Source of the DNA: Candidatus Peribacteraceae bacterium
GTDB lineage: Bacteria > Patescibacteriota > Gracilibacteria > Peribacterales > Peribacteraceae
Direction of reading: 5' to 3'
NCBI GenBank assembly: GCA_018061945.1
Contig: JAGOTD010000005.1
Span: forward strand, 2,278-66,277
DNA: 64,000 bases
Below, piece after piece: positions 34,531-44,593 of the stretch (its first letter is position 1; each line of letters opens with the position of its first letter). A program made the position numbers and the translations under genes. The notes under the pieces are model-generated. The model was not told the DNA's origin and did no database searches. It was given only the letters and a program-made list of their open reading frames with translations.

Positions 34531-35070
34531 ATGATCGAAATACCCGTACTGCTCATCCTCCTCGCCCTGCCGGTTGGCATTCATTATGGCTGGTGGGTTT
34601 TTGTGTGTTTCCTTCTTGTGTTGCCTGGTCTCTATGCGCTTATGACCGGTGTGCAGTACTTTCCAACCTTTGGAAAGATCATGCGCAAAATGCTCGCACT
34701 TGCCGCTATCCAGAAAGGCGAAAAGGTGTACGACCTCGGTTCCGGCGACGGTCGCTTTGTGTTCGCTGCCGCGCGCAAAGGCGCCAATGCCATTGGCTAC
34801 GAACTCTCGCTGCCGCTGTTTTTGTATACCAAGATTGTGAGCCTGTTCATTCCACGGTCGCACATTTACTTCCGTAACTTCTGGAAACAGGATTACCGCG
34901 ATGCCGATGTCATTTTCTGCTTCCTGCTCATCTCGCTCATGCAGCGTTTTGAAAAAGAAGTCTGGCCAACGCTCAAGCCCGGCACCCGCGTTATTTCTCA
35001 TAGCTTCAAGATGAAAGGTGTGAAGCCGACAAACCAGGATGGCGAAGCGGTGCTGTATGTAAAAGACTGA
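34531..35070 (+). CDS. Class I SAM-dependent methyltransferase with an N-terminal TM
   Basis: Motif I is VYDLGSGDGR. A hydrophobic N-terminus is present. Confidence 0.75.
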   Translation: MIEIPVLLILLALPVGIHYGWWVFVCFLLVLPGLYALMTGVQYFPTFGKIMRKMLALAAIQKGEKVYDLGSGDGRFVFAAARKGANAIGYELSLPLFLYTKIVSLFIPRSHIYFRNFWKQDYRDADVIFCFLLISLMQRFEKEVWPTLKPGTRVISHSFKMKGVKPTNQDGEAVLYVKD

Positions 35071-35076
35071 ACAATG

Positions 35077-35103
35077 TGTCATAGTGAGCGGAGTCGAACT
35101 ATG
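35077..35103. repeat. Hairpin word, family G
   Basis: tgtcatagtgagcggagtcgaactatg. It is followed by a GTCAGCCGCGGCTGAC palindrome. Confidence 0.8.
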
Positions 35104-35220
35104 CTCCTTGATCACTCTTCGGCTCCGCTCCCGCCTTCGTCAGCCGCGGCTGACTACGGACGGGCAAGCAGAGTGACACGCTATTGTTTGTTAGTTTTTT
35201 CTCTCTGCTATCATATTTCT

Positions 35221-35967
35221 ATGACAACCTTTCGCACGCTTTTAGCTTTCGCAGCTGTCAGTCTTATTGCCTGTACAGCAGGCTCGCAGACTGCCATCAA
35301 TTCATCTTCAGCTTCAAGTAGTTCAGGAAGCCATGCTCCAACCGAATATATTGCCAGCGTTCATGTGGATATGGGAGATTCATCTTTTACAATCGGCTGG
35401 GAAGATAATTTCGCAAGTTACTTGCGCATCAATCCGGGCAATGAAGAAGGCATGCCCATCCAACAAATCGATTTTTCTGAGGATGGGATTGCAAGCGCTC
35501 TTGCCTACGCCGATCGCAACCGCAAAGACGCACTCGAGCTGATGGATTTCAATAACGATGGATTCGCCGATTTGCGTATGCTCGCAAGTTACGGCGCGTA
35601 CAGCGGAACCGAAACGTACAATGTGTGGCTCTTTAACCAGGACACCGCGGAGTTTGATTTTAGTGAATCCCTCAGTGCGTTACATGCCGTCGCTGTCGAT
35701 CCAGCCACGCATCAGGTTATCAGCTGGGATCCGGGAAACAGCAAAGGTGAAACGCTCAAAATGTATCATTACGAATGGAATGAGGATGAGCTGTTGCTAG
35801 TGCGTTCACAGGAACAGGATTTTGTGAGCCCAAGTAGCAAGTCGCTCGTGCGAGTCGTAAAAAAGCTCGTGAGCGACAAGATGGTGGAAGTCTGTCGCTT
35901 GCTCATCGATGAAAATGGTCAGAAAACTCTGCAGAGTGGGAAAATGGCAGAGTGTGGAGATGTGTGA
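35221..35967 (+). CDS. Lipoprotein
   Basis: MTTFRTLLAFAAVSLIAC gives a signal peptide plus lipobox (LIAC). A Ser-rich linker follows. A FNNDGFADL segment is present. The track start at 35074 is an artefact of the family G hairpin. Confidence 0.75.
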   Translation: MTTFRTLLAFAAVSLIACTAGSQTAINSSSASSSSGSHAPTEYIASVHVDMGDSSFTIGWEDNFASYLRINPGNEEGMPIQQIDFSEDGIASALAYADRNRKDALELMDFNNDGFADLRMLASYGAYSGTETYNVWLFNQDTAEFDFSESLSALHAVAVDPATHQVISWDPGNSKGETLKMYHYEWNEDELLLVRSQEQDFVSPSSKSLVRVVKKLVSDKMVEVCRLLIDENGQKTLQSGKMAECGDV

Positions 35968-35973
35968 AGATAA

Positions 35974-36049
35974 TGGTCGGGGTGCAGGGACTCGAACCCT
36001 GGGTCTCAAGACCCCCAGCCTTGCGCTTTACCAACTAAGCTACACCCCG
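35974..36049 (-). tRNA. tRNA-Pro (anticodon GGG)
   Basis: Manual cloverleaf. Acceptor is CGGGGTG/CACCCCG. Anticodon stem is CAAGG/TCTTG with loop CTGGGGG. T arm is CAGGG-TTCGAGT-CCCTG. CCA is encoded. Confidence 0.85.
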
Positions 36050-36153
36050 AACGACGTCATAGTACCGTGACAGTTTTGCAATTGCACTGGCTTTTTTCGG
36101 CTAGTTCGTCCTATACTAACCCCTTTTCTAGGCATACTTGACAATATTAGTAT

Positions 36154-36181
36154 TTGATTTTCTAATAAAGTATGATATAAT
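36154..36181 (+). promoter_or_regulatory. Sigma-70-like promoter candidate
   Basis: TTGATT - 16 nt - TATAAT, about 30 nt upstream of the DHH gene start. Confidence 0.35.
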
Positions 36182-36209
36182 AGTATGAAACATTAAGAAA
36201 ATTAAGCAA

Positions 36210-37601
36210 ATGCCCCTCTCACTCGCTGACATACAGGCCGCAACACACGCTATAGAAAGCCATGAACGGCTTCTTATCATCCCGCATGCCAATGTGGATC
36301 CGGATGGTATCAGTAGTGCTTTGGCGTGTTACCAGCTGTTTAAGGCACTTGGCAAAGACTGTACGGTTATTTGTCCGGATACGCCGCCGGAGTCGCTGCA
36401 GTTTATGCCCGGGTTCGAGAACCTTTCGACCGAAATAGAGGAAGGCCAGAACTTTATTATCACGCTCGATACCAGTAGTGGCGTAGAGGTCGATAAGCTG
36501 CGCTATACCGTGGAGGACAATAAGGTGAACATTATCGTTGTTCCCAAGAAAGGCCGTTTTAAGAAGCAGAACGTTACTATTCTCGATACCGGCAGCGCGT
36601 ACGACTTGATTGTTGTGGTCGATACCGCCGATATGGCGTTACTTGGTTCCATCTATCAGCAACATGTCGATCTGTTTTCGGAAACGCCGATTCTCAACGT
36701 CGATCATCACATCAGTAATACCGGCTACGGACAATTGCGACTTATCGATCCTACGTGCGCCTCGGCAACCGAGGTTCTGTACAATTGGTTTACGAACAAT
36801 GCGCAGTGGAAGAACATGCTCACGCCAGATATTGCGACCCTGCTTCTTACCGGTCTCATCACCGATACGCGCAGTTTCCAGAATCCGAATACGACGCCAC
36901 GTTCTTTGGAAGTGGCAGCCGAACTTTTGGATCTCGGTGCACGTCAGCAGGAAATTATTCAGCACGTGTACAAGACCAAGCCGCTCACTACACTCAAAAT
37001 CTGGGGTCGCGCGCTCAATCGTATCCAAATGGATCCGGAGGCTCGCATCGTCTGGTCATCGGTGAGCAAAGAAGACTTGGACGAAATGGGTGCTAATAGT
37101 AAAGAAACAGCCGGTATTCTCGACGAGCTTATTTCCACCATTCCCGATGCCGATGTGCACGTGCTGTTTACCGAAGTAGAGAGTGGGGGACTTAAGGCCA
37201 GCTTGCGCTCATCACCAGCGATCGATGTCAGTAAGGCTGCCGCTCGTACGTATGGCGGTGGCGGACATAGCCGCGCGTCTGGGCTCAAGGTAAAGGGCTA
37301 CAATAACTTTCAGCTGCAAGTGATCGAATGTGTGCAGAAACTGAAGGAAGAAATGCAGCGTCAGCGCGACGAAGCCAATGCGCCGCTCCATCCAACTGGT
37401 GGCGATATTCCCAAAGTGAGCGTCCCAGCTGCTGCTCCAGCATCTACTCTCGCACCAAAAACTCCAGTACCAGAAGCGAAGCCAACTACTCCTGCTGCTC
37501 AGCCATCAATCGAACAGAAGACCGGTTCCACTGATGTGCTCGATTCCATTTCACCGAGTGAAAAGACGGGCGGGACGGATATTGTGCAAACGTTAAGTTA
37601 A
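36210..37601 (+). CDS. DHH/DHHA1 phosphoesterase (NrnA-like) with a Pro/Thr-rich C-terminal tail
   Basis: IIPHANVDPDGISSALA, DHHISN and the GGGH segment are present. The tail of about 90 aa is low-complexity. Confidence 0.85.
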   Translation: MPLSLADIQAATHAIESHERLLIIPHANVDPDGISSALACYQLFKALGKDCTVICPDTPPESLQFMPGFENLSTEIEEGQNFIITLDTSSGVEVDKLRYTVEDNKVNIIVVPKKGRFKKQNVTILDTGSAYDLIVVVDTADMALLGSIYQQHVDLFSETPILNVDHHISNTGYGQLRLIDPTCASATEVLYNWFTNNAQWKNMLTPDIATLLLTGLITDTRSFQNPNTTPRSLEVAAELLDLGARQQEIIQHVYKTKPLTTLKIWGRALNRIQMDPEARIVWSSVSKEDLDEMGANSKETAGILDELISTIPDADVHVLFTEVESGGLKASLRSSPAIDVSKAAARTYGGGGHSRASGLKVKGYNNFQLQVIECVQKLKEEMQRQRDEANAPLHPTGGDIPKVSVPAAAPASTLAPKTPVPEAKPTTPAAQPSIEQKTGSTDVLDSISPSEKTGGTDIVQTLS

Positions 37602-37768
37602 GGACTCAGGCGTTAAACTAGGACTCAGAGGAAGCAGAAGACTCAGAGGAATGTTGCGATGATTGTCACGCCTAAGGTGGAAGAAATGATAATGACTCAT
37701 GGGAAAGATTCCCGTGATACTTCCAATCCTCTGAGTCCTTTGTTTCCTCTGAGTCTTCTGAGTCCTTT
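37602..37768. repeat. Family B word-array inverted pair
   Basis: The left arm (37602-37652) and right arm (37727-37768) are reverse complements word for word, separated by a spacer of about 75 nt. Confidence 0.85.
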
Positions 37769-37827
37769 CATGTTTTCCTTTCCCATTCTCTGTGCTATTC
37801 TAACCGCGCTCGTTTTTTACGTACTCT

Positions 37828-40074
37828 ATGCGCCTCGTTCAGGTAGCGAAGATCTTAGGCATGACAGGACAAGAATTGCGACTCGAACTTATGAAGGTCG
37901 ATTTCGGCATAAAGCCGACCGATCGTGAAGTTCCGCAGAATCTTGCCATCGGTATTATCCGCTTCATTGCGAATAAAAAAGGCTTGAAGATTGATTTCGA
38001 TGCGCTCATGGCAGGGCCAGATGGAAGTGCCGACGCAAAAGAAAAAGATGATGACGGATTGGAATCTTCAGAAAAAGATGAGGCAGACGCCGATGCGCCG
38101 CAAGCTATTTCACCCAAACAGGTCGAAAATTTGAATGTGCTGCGCAAGCTCTCGCTCGAAGGTGTGTCGCAAGCTGCGATTGCCAAGCAGCAGCAGGTGA
38201 TATCCAAAGAAAAGAAGCTCACGAAAGAAGAATTGGATCAGCGTAAGACCGAAAGCAAGATTTTCCAGAAACTGGAAAAGAAAGCGCCAACGTCCACCCA
38301 TCAGGAGCAGATCAAGCAAAAGCAGGGGACGGTGATGTTGCCAGAACAAATCTCGGTGAAAGAATTTGCCGAAAAGACCGGAGTGCAGGTGCCAAAAGTG
38401 ATTCAGTCGCTCATGAAAAACGGTATTCTGGCCAACATCAATCAGCAGATCGATTTCGATACCGCATCCATCGTTGCATCCGAACTCGGCGTCACAGTGC
38501 AGAAAGAAGTGGCCGATGTATCGGTGGAAGCTCTCATCAAAAACGATTTAGCAACTCTTATCAAAGACGAACCAGAAACACTGCTCCCTCGTCCGCCCAT
38601 TGTCACGGTCATGGGCCACGTCGACCACGGTAAGACGGCTATTTTGGATGCGATTCGCTCCACAAACGTTGTTGCCAAAGAAGCGGGTGGTATTACCCAG
38701 CACATTGGTGCGTATCAGGTACAACACGGCGATAAACTTGTTACATTCCTCGATACCCCTGGTCACGAGGCTTTTACGGCTATGCGTGCACGTGGAGCGC
38801 AGGTAACAGATATCGCCATCCTCGTTGTCTCTGCCGAAGAAGGTGTTAAACCAACGACCATCGAAGCGATCAACCACGCAAAAGATGCGGGTGTTCCGAT
38901 TATTGTCGCCATCAATAAAATCGATAAACCGAATGCGGATATCGAACGAGTGAAAGGCGAACTTGCCGGTCACGGACTGCAAGCCGAAGGATGGGGGGGA
39001 ACAGTTCCCATGATTCCGTGTAGCGCTGTAACGAAAGCTGGCATTCCTGAACTCCTCGAAACAGTGTTGCTGGTAGCCGAGCTCGAAGAGCTCAAAGCCA
39101 ATCCCAATCGTCCAGCCATTGCCACAGTCATCGAAAGTCATTTGGACAAATCGCATGGTCCGCTCGTGAGCTTGATTGTGAATACCGGAACGCTGCGTGT
39201 TGGCGACCTTATTGCATCCGGTAGCTCCAATGGCAAAGTAAAAGTATTGATGGACGCTGCGGGTAAGCGTATCAAAGACGTTATGCCGTCTGGCCCGGTC
39301 CTCATGGCTGGTCTCGATACCACTCCACGTGTCGGTGATATTTTGCAGGTGTTTAAAACCGAGAAAGAACTGACTGCATTCTTGGAGGCGTATCATTTTT
39401 CCAAAGCGCACGAAACCAAGCATGGCTTTGCCGACCTTGTCTCACGTTTGACCGAAGGCAAACTCACCCAGCTCAAGTTGGTGCTAAAAGCCGATGCTCA
39501 AGGTTCGCTCGAATCCATTTCCGAAGCACTTCGTAAACTTACGACCACTCTCGTTCAGCCGAAAATTATTCACAGTGCTATCGGTGCTATTTCTGAAAGT
39601 GATGTCATGATGGCGTCTGCTTCGCAGGGTATCGTTGTCGGCTTTAACGTAGACGCGGCATCAACTGTCATGAAGACGGCCGATCGTGAAGGGGTGAAAG
39701 TAAAGCAGTACGATATTATTTACCGCTTACTGGAGGACATGGAGTTGCTACTCCAGGGTCTTATCGAGCCGGTTGAAGAAGAGAAGGTTACCGGTCACTT
39801 GGAAGTGCGCGGCGTGTTCCTTACCAAAAAGAGCGAGCAGATTATCGGAGGAAAAGTTATCGATGGTTACTTAAAACGTTTCCCATTCCGCCTGATGCGA
39901 AATGGTGAGCAGATCGGTACCGGGCGCATTACGTCGCTTAAGAATATCGATAAAGAAATCAAGGAAGCCAAAGAGGGGAGCGAGTGTGGTATGCGTGTCC
40001 AGACTTCTGCAAACATCGAGCTTGGCGATATTCTGGAGACCTTCACCAAAGAGTACAACAAAGCAGCTGCATAG
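37828..40074 (+). CDS. infB: Translation initiation factor IF-2
   Basis: The G-domain motifs [21 protein letters not shown] and NKID are present. Confidence 0.95.
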   Translation: MRLVQVAKILGMTGQELRLELMKVDFGIKPTDREVPQNLAIGIIRFIANKKGLKIDFDALMAGPDGSADAKEKDDDGLESSEKDEADADAPQAISPKQVENLNVLRKLSLEGVSQAAIAKQQQVISKEKKLTKEELDQRKTESKIFQKLEKKAPTSTHQEQIKQKQGTVMLPEQISVKEFAEKTGVQVPKVIQSLMKNGILANINQQIDFDTASIVASELGVTVQKEVADVSVEALIKNDLATLIKDEPETLLPRPPIVTVMGHVDHGKTAILDAIRSTNVVAKEAGGITQHIGAYQVQHGDKLVTFLDTPGHEAFTAMRARGAQVTDIAILVVSAEEGVKPTTIEAINHAKDAGVPIIVAINKIDKPNADIERVKGELAGHGLQAEGWGGTVPMIPCSAVTKAGIPELLETVLLVAELEELKANPNRPAIATVIESHLDKSHGPLVSLIVNTGTLRVGDLIASGSSNGKVKVLMDAAGKRIKDVMPSGPVLMAGLDTTPRVGDILQVFKTEKELTAFLEAYHFSKAHETKHGFADLVSRLTEGKLTQLKLVLKADAQGSLESISEALRKLTTTLVQPKIIHSAIGAISESDVMMASASQGIVVGFNVDAASTVMKTADREGVKVKQYDIIYRLLEDMELLLQGLIEPVEEEKVTGHLEVRGVFLTKKSEQIIGGKVIDGYLKRFPFRLMRNGEQIGTGRITSLKNIDKEIKEAKEGSECGMRVQTSANIELGDILETFTKEYNKAAA

Positions 40075-40085
40075 TTTCCAAACCG

Positions 40086-41252
40086 CTACACGACTGGATC
40101 CCGACGATGTTTGACGTAGTCGACTGTTTTTATTTGTACCTCTTTATCTTTGATGCTTGCAAAAAGACGGATGAATGCACCGCGTTCAGTTGAATTCGGC
40201 AAGCTCAGCATGAATGTCAGCAATGTTCCATCCACGCCTGCTCCCTTCAGGCTTTCTTCATCGATTGGTCCACCTTCTTTTGTGAGCTTAAGAAGATTGC
40301 TTTTTGTTGCTGGAGATTGGTCAAAAAATTCCTGTACATGAGCTGCTCCTTCCGGGCCATCGATAGCATTGTCGTGTAAGAATTTTTGTGTCTGTGAGTC
40401 TGTTAAGAACTGGTACTTTTTGAGTGTCTGAAACGAGCGGCTTTTTAAGAGATCCGGGTTGGCTGATGCGGCAGCTACAAAACCCCAGAGCAACGTTGGC
40501 CATGGCAATTTTCCGGTCCGGAAAAACACGCCCAGGCCGATAGCGGTCAATACAGAGCCGCCCACCGCACCAAGTAAACGCAAGGGACGATAGTTCGTTC
40601 CCTGTCGATTAATGGCTTTTCCCACTGCGTCATCTAAGGCTGCTACTCGATTCGTTTGTAATATAGCGTTGAGGCGGGCTTTTAATTTGAATAATGCTTC
40701 ACGTTGAGGCTGCGTAAGGCTTATGTTTTTATTCAGATGCGTTTCGATAAGAGTGAGTGCATCATTTCTTTGTGCTGTATTGATCACAAGAAAGCTTTGC
40801 TCTTTCGTTTTCCTGTCCTGGGTCGGTATAAAAAATCCGCGATCAGCCGCGGATGAAGAGGTGGTGATCGTTGTCGGATCAATATCGGCTTTTCTGGCAA
40901 TTTCTACTAACGCTTCCCGCAGAACTTTTTGGTCTTTGGAATCGTCACTAAACGCTGTTTCCACTTCTGTTGCCAGATTGGTTGTACCGATTTCGCGCAT
41001 GCGTAGATTGGTCGCCTGGTTGTACAGGGCGCCCATTTCGTGAAACAGCGGCGTCATATTGTCCCATGTGTCTCCGGCTTCCTGCATGGAAGCAAGTCGT
41101 TCGTAGATTTTTTTGGCTTTATCTTCGATCTCTTTGAGACGTTCTTTGGTGTTCTCACCTGCATTCTCGGCCATATCGCGGATTTTTGCAGGCGTCTGCA
41201 GTGCCTTTTGCAGAGAAGCGAGCGGGGCCCGTGGTGTTTCGAAAGAAGGCAT
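40086..41252 (-). CDS. Hypothetical protein with a central TM hairpin
   Basis: 388 aa with a helical N-terminal half and two TM helices around aa 225-270. It lies 12 nt downstream of the 615-aa membrane gene. Confidence 0.7.
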   Translation of the reverse strand: MPSFETPRAPLASLQKALQTPAKIRDMAENAGENTKERLKEIEDKAKKIYERLASMQEAGDTWDNMTPLFHEMGALYNQATNLRMREIGTTNLATEVETAFSDDSKDQKVLREALVEIARKADIDPTTITTSSSAADRGFFIPTQDRKTKEQSFLVINTAQRNDALTLIETHLNKNISLTQPQREALFKLKARLNAILQTNRVAALDDAVGKAINRQGTNYRPLRLLGAVGGSVLTAIGLGVFFRTGKLPWPTLLWGFVAAASANPDLLKSRSFQTLKKYQFLTDSQTQKFLHDNAIDGPEGAAHVQEFFDQSPATKSNLLKLTKEGGPIDEESLKGAGVDGTLLTFMLSLPNSTERGAFIRLFASIKDKEVQIKTVDYVKHRRDPVV

Positions 41253-41264
41253 GAGAGTGCGGGT

Positions 41265-43112
41265 TTACGATCCTGGCGTAAGGGCAGTTACTTTCGCTGC
41301 GGCAGCTTCTAGATTGGCAGTTGCGGCATTGAGATCCGATACATCTATACCTCCAGCTGGTGTCGCTTTGATGCGCTGGAGCTCACGGATCAATTCGGTG
41401 TGTTTCATGGTCGGATCAACTCCCAGCTTTGCTTTCAGGTCTGCCATGTTCGTATCGACGCCCGCTCTGTCTGTTGCACTGCTAATGCGGGTCAATATTC
41501 TATTCATTTCGGTGAGCTTGTCGTTGGATCCCGCGATACCTACCTTAATACCGTTTTCGATCTTTAGGCCTTCGGCACTCGCGCCACCCGGCGTGTTGAT
41601 TCGCGCTCTAAAGCTTACGGGGTTAGAAAGACTCGACTTTAGACTGTCAAAGTACGAACCGATATTACGATTATCTCCTTTGGCGCCGGCACCCGGAATA
41701 GGTGCAGGCAAGAAGCCAGGAAGACGTACAACCGCGTTACCAAGGCTGCCACCAACGCCTTTCACCTTGTCGGCAATGCCACCGATAATTGCTCCGCTCT
41801 CTTTAAGAGCGCCAAACGTACCATGCCAGATAATCATACACGCAGCCACGATCCACATAAGCGCCCACCAGGTTTTCACTCCACTCACAATTGGCAAGTT
41901 CAACGTGGCGCCGATATTGGGAGGAGCAATAGTGCTGGTCGACGAAATCATAATCATGCCAATAACCAGTGGAATGGCAACCACCGCCGGCATGAAAGCA
42001 GCTTTGACAAATTCTTTGAACACATCTGTCTTGTTTCCGAAAATTTCCGTGGACGGTTTTCCGCTTATTGCCATGCCTAGAAAGGCAAACGGCATAAAGG
42101 CAATGGTGACCCACATAATGACAATGCGCACGATAAGACCAAGAGTCAGAGCGATAATCGGGAATGTGACAAAGACCTGAATAAGAATCGCGAAGAAAAT
42201 ATTGATGAGCATTTGTAGCGTGCGCGATGGGCCGTTTGTGGGCGTGGCCAAAGCTCGACCGACATCAGCCTTTGGTACCTGCGGCAGAGTGGTTATTTTA
42301 CCAAACGAAATGGCAAGGCCACTGAGCATGGCGTGACTGCCGCCAAAGCGTCGTTTGACATTGCTTATAGTGTCCGTGCGCCAACAGGCAATGCCTTCGT
42401 CGCAGTGACAACGTCCTTTATTGATATCGTCTTTGCCATTCTTGTTACACCCATTTTCTTCGTAAAATTGCGTAACTTTTGCTGCATCTGGAAAAAGTTC
42501 AAAGTCGGCCAATGCACGACATTCTTGGAGCACTGCACCCGGCTCGTCATCTTTATACTGACACGTATACTGGGGCAGCATGTTTGGAATAGAATAGACA
42601 GTCGCTGTGAGCACACTTGATACATCGATGATCACACGTGGAAAGAACCAGGAGAAATTGACCAGAATGACGGCCATCACGAAGTGGGCGATTTTCTCTT
42701 TTACCATGGACGAATCACCCTTCAGAATTGTCATAAAGGCAACGCCAATGAGCATCAGCGCAAAAACAATATTGACAATATCACGAGAAAGTAGCCAAAT
42801 ATTTTTAAGCACACTCATCATGTTCGGCTCCAAGAAGAAGTTCGATGACAACAGGAAGGATGCCATTTTCAAAGACAGCAATAACAGCACATGCAAAATA
42901 CTGACCAAAATAGATAAAGCATTTACCAGTTCCAATGTGACAGATCCGAGGCTTCCGCTATCGACTTGACCAGCGGTTTCCGCAAATGCAGTAGGGGACC
43001 ATAGCAATAGTAATCCGGCAATGACCAGCAGTGACGGACGAAAGCGGAGGTGTTTGTATGGTATTTTTGAAATCATTCTCATCATTATAGCACTTTTTGG
43101 CTTTTGTATCAA
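41265..43112 (-). CDS. Large polytopic membrane protein, VirB6/TrbL-like architecture (tentative)
   Basis: There is a signal peptide (WSPTAFA) and at least 7 TM helices. A Cys-containing extracytoplasmic loop and a soluble Gly/Ala-rich C-terminus are present. No motif-level proof of family. Confidence 0.7.
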   Translation of the reverse strand: MIQKPKSAIMMRMISKIPYKHLRFRPSLLVIAGLLLLWSPTAFAETAGQVDSGSLGSVTLELVNALSILVSILHVLLLLSLKMASFLLSSNFFLEPNMMSVLKNIWLLSRDIVNIVFALMLIGVAFMTILKGDSSMVKEKIAHFVMAVILVNFSWFFPRVIIDVSSVLTATVYSIPNMLPQYTCQYKDDEPGAVLQECRALADFELFPDAAKVTQFYEENGCNKNGKDDINKGRCHCDEGIACWRTDTISNVKRRFGGSHAMLSGLAISFGKITTLPQVPKADVGRALATPTNGPSRTLQMLINIFFAILIQVFVTFPIIALTLGLIVRIVIMWVTIAFMPFAFLGMAISGKPSTEIFGNKTDVFKEFVKAAFMPAVVAIPLVIGMIMISSTSTIAPPNIGATLNLPIVSGVKTWWALMWIVAACMIIWHGTFGALKESGAIIGGIADKVKGVGGSLGNAVVRLPGFLPAPIPGAGAKGDNRNIGSYFDSLKSSLSNPVSFRARINTPGGASAEGLKIENGIKVGIAGSNDKLTEMNRILTRISSATDRAGVDTNMADLKAKLGVDPTMKHTELIRELQRIKATPAGGIDVSDLNAATANLEAAAAKVTALTPGS

Positions 43113-43292
43113 TAATAAGAACCCTTAACTTGCTCTGCCTTCGGTATGAGTATTTTTTGTATTCGATGAATATCATTTAGAGAGTTTAATTTTGAAGAAA
43201 TGGCTTATAGTAAACAAAATTACAGAATAACATTTTTGTTTTTTGTCTTGATCAATTTTCTTGATCTTCATGATGCTTTATGAGTACTATTT

Positions 43293-43907
43293 GTGAACGC
43301 AGGTTTATCCCTTCAGCTTCCCATGGTTCACGACGCACTCAAGGCACTTCTCAGTTCTCAAACACGGGTAAAATTGCTCTCTGTCTTTCTTCTACATCCA
43401 GAAGAGGAATATTTCATTCGTCAATTGACGCGTCTTTTAAATGAACAGATTAATTCAATTCGTCGAGAACTTGAAAATTTACGGAAAATTGGTTTGGTCA
43501 AAGCTCGTCATCGCAATCGAAAGAAATACTATAAGGCCGATACGGACTTTATTTTCTTTACCGAGCTTCGCAGCATGTTTGCTAAAGGCGTGCGAGGCGA
43601 GAATGCAACGGTCAGTACGCTCAAAACACTTCCCGGCGTGCAATACCTCCTTCTGGCCGGTAGTTTTGCTGGTACGCACAGTAAAGTCGATCTCCTTTTG
43701 GTAGGGGATGTAAAGAAAGAGGTGATTGAATTACTCCTGGCACAGGATTCCACAATGCGTAATGTGAAGTACTCACTCTTCTCCAAGGCAGATTTTTTGT
43801 ACCGACTCAGCTTGCGCGACCGGTTTATTTTGGAAATTGTCGACGATCCACGTCACAGCGTTGTTTTCAATACATTGGAGGCCGATATAGAGGAAGCGAG
43901 AAAATAA
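43293..43907 (+). CDS. Winged-helix (ArsR-like) DNA-binding protein with a C-terminal domain
   Basis: SQTRVKLLSVFLLHPEEEYFIRQLTRLLNEQINSIRRELENLRKIGLV gives an HTH plus wing. GTG start; the ATG at 43323 is an alternative. Confidence 0.7.
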   Translation: MNAGLSLQLPMVHDALKALLSSQTRVKLLSVFLLHPEEEYFIRQLTRLLNEQINSIRRELENLRKIGLVKARHRNRKKYYKADTDFIFFTELRSMFAKGVRGENATVSTLKTLPGVQYLLLAGSFAGTHSKVDLLLVGDVKKEVIELLLAQDSTMRNVKYSLFSKADFLYRLSLRDRFILEIVDDPRHSVVFNTLEADIEEARK

Positions 43908-43984
43908 GCGAGCGAGAAGCAGTAAGCGGCAAGCGGATAGCACAGTTTACTTATCGCTTACCGCTTCCTGCTAACCGCTTATCT
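43908..43984. repeat. Word-array palindrome, family E (AAGCGG words)
   Basis: gcgagcgagaagcagtaagcggcaagcggatagc - acagtttac - ttatcgcttaccgcttcctgctaaccgcttatc. Confidence 0.8.
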
Positions 43985-44080
43985 GGGCGCTTATAACCTT
44001 CATCAATGTACGACAATCATTCATCTATTCCAGATTGTCTTTACAATCACTTCTTCCTCCGGTAAATTTTGTCGGCTTTT

Positions 44081-44551
44081 ATGACACTCGCAGTTCTTCA
44101 CGCACAGGCTAAAACGATGGAAAAGGCTCGTCCGGACATTCAACCTGGTTACACCGTTCGTGTCCACCAGCGCGTCCAGGAAGGGGATAAAGAGCGTGTC
44201 CAGATCTTCGAAGGTCTCGTTATTGCTGTTCACCGTGGTCACACTCTTACCGATCACTCCATTACTGTCCGTCGTATTGCCTCAGGAGTAGGCGTTGAGA
44301 AGATTTTCTCGGTTCATTCTCCACTTATTGAGAAGATTGAAGTAAAGAAGGTTGCCAAAGTACGTCGTGCTAAGCTCAACTTCTTGCGCGGTCGCAAGGG
44401 TAAGAGCGCACGCATTAGTGAGCGCTTCACCAATTCCGATGAATTCAGTATTGCCGCTGCTCCTGCTCCTGTTGCAGAGGTAGATGCAGGAGAAGTAGCT
44501 GTTTCAGCCGAAGCTGAGAATGCAGTTGCGCAGGACGAGAAGACTGCGTAG
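44081..44551 (+). CDS. rplS: 50S ribosomal protein L19 with a C-terminal extension
   Basis: DIQPGYTVRVHQRVQEGDKERVQIFEGLVIA matches the L19 core. Confidence 0.9.
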   Translation: MTLAVLHAQAKTMEKARPDIQPGYTVRVHQRVQEGDKERVQIFEGLVIAVHRGHTLTDHSITVRRIASGVGVEKIFSVHSPLIEKIEVKKVAKVRRAKLNFLRGRKGKSARISERFTNSDEFSIAAAPAPVAEVDAGEVAVSAEAENAVAQDEKTA

Positions 44552-44593
44552 AGCTCTCTATGATGATTCGCGAAGTATGTCTATACTCTACAA

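Noticed and set aside
38548-39423. 291-aa - strand ORF
   Set aside because: It is antisense to the infB G-domain, so it is a shadow ORF.
41113-42180. 355-aa + strand ORF
   Set aside because: It lies entirely antisense to the 615-aa membrane gene and the start of the 388-aa gene. Its Ala/Ser/Arg/Pro-rich composition is typical of a shadow ORF.
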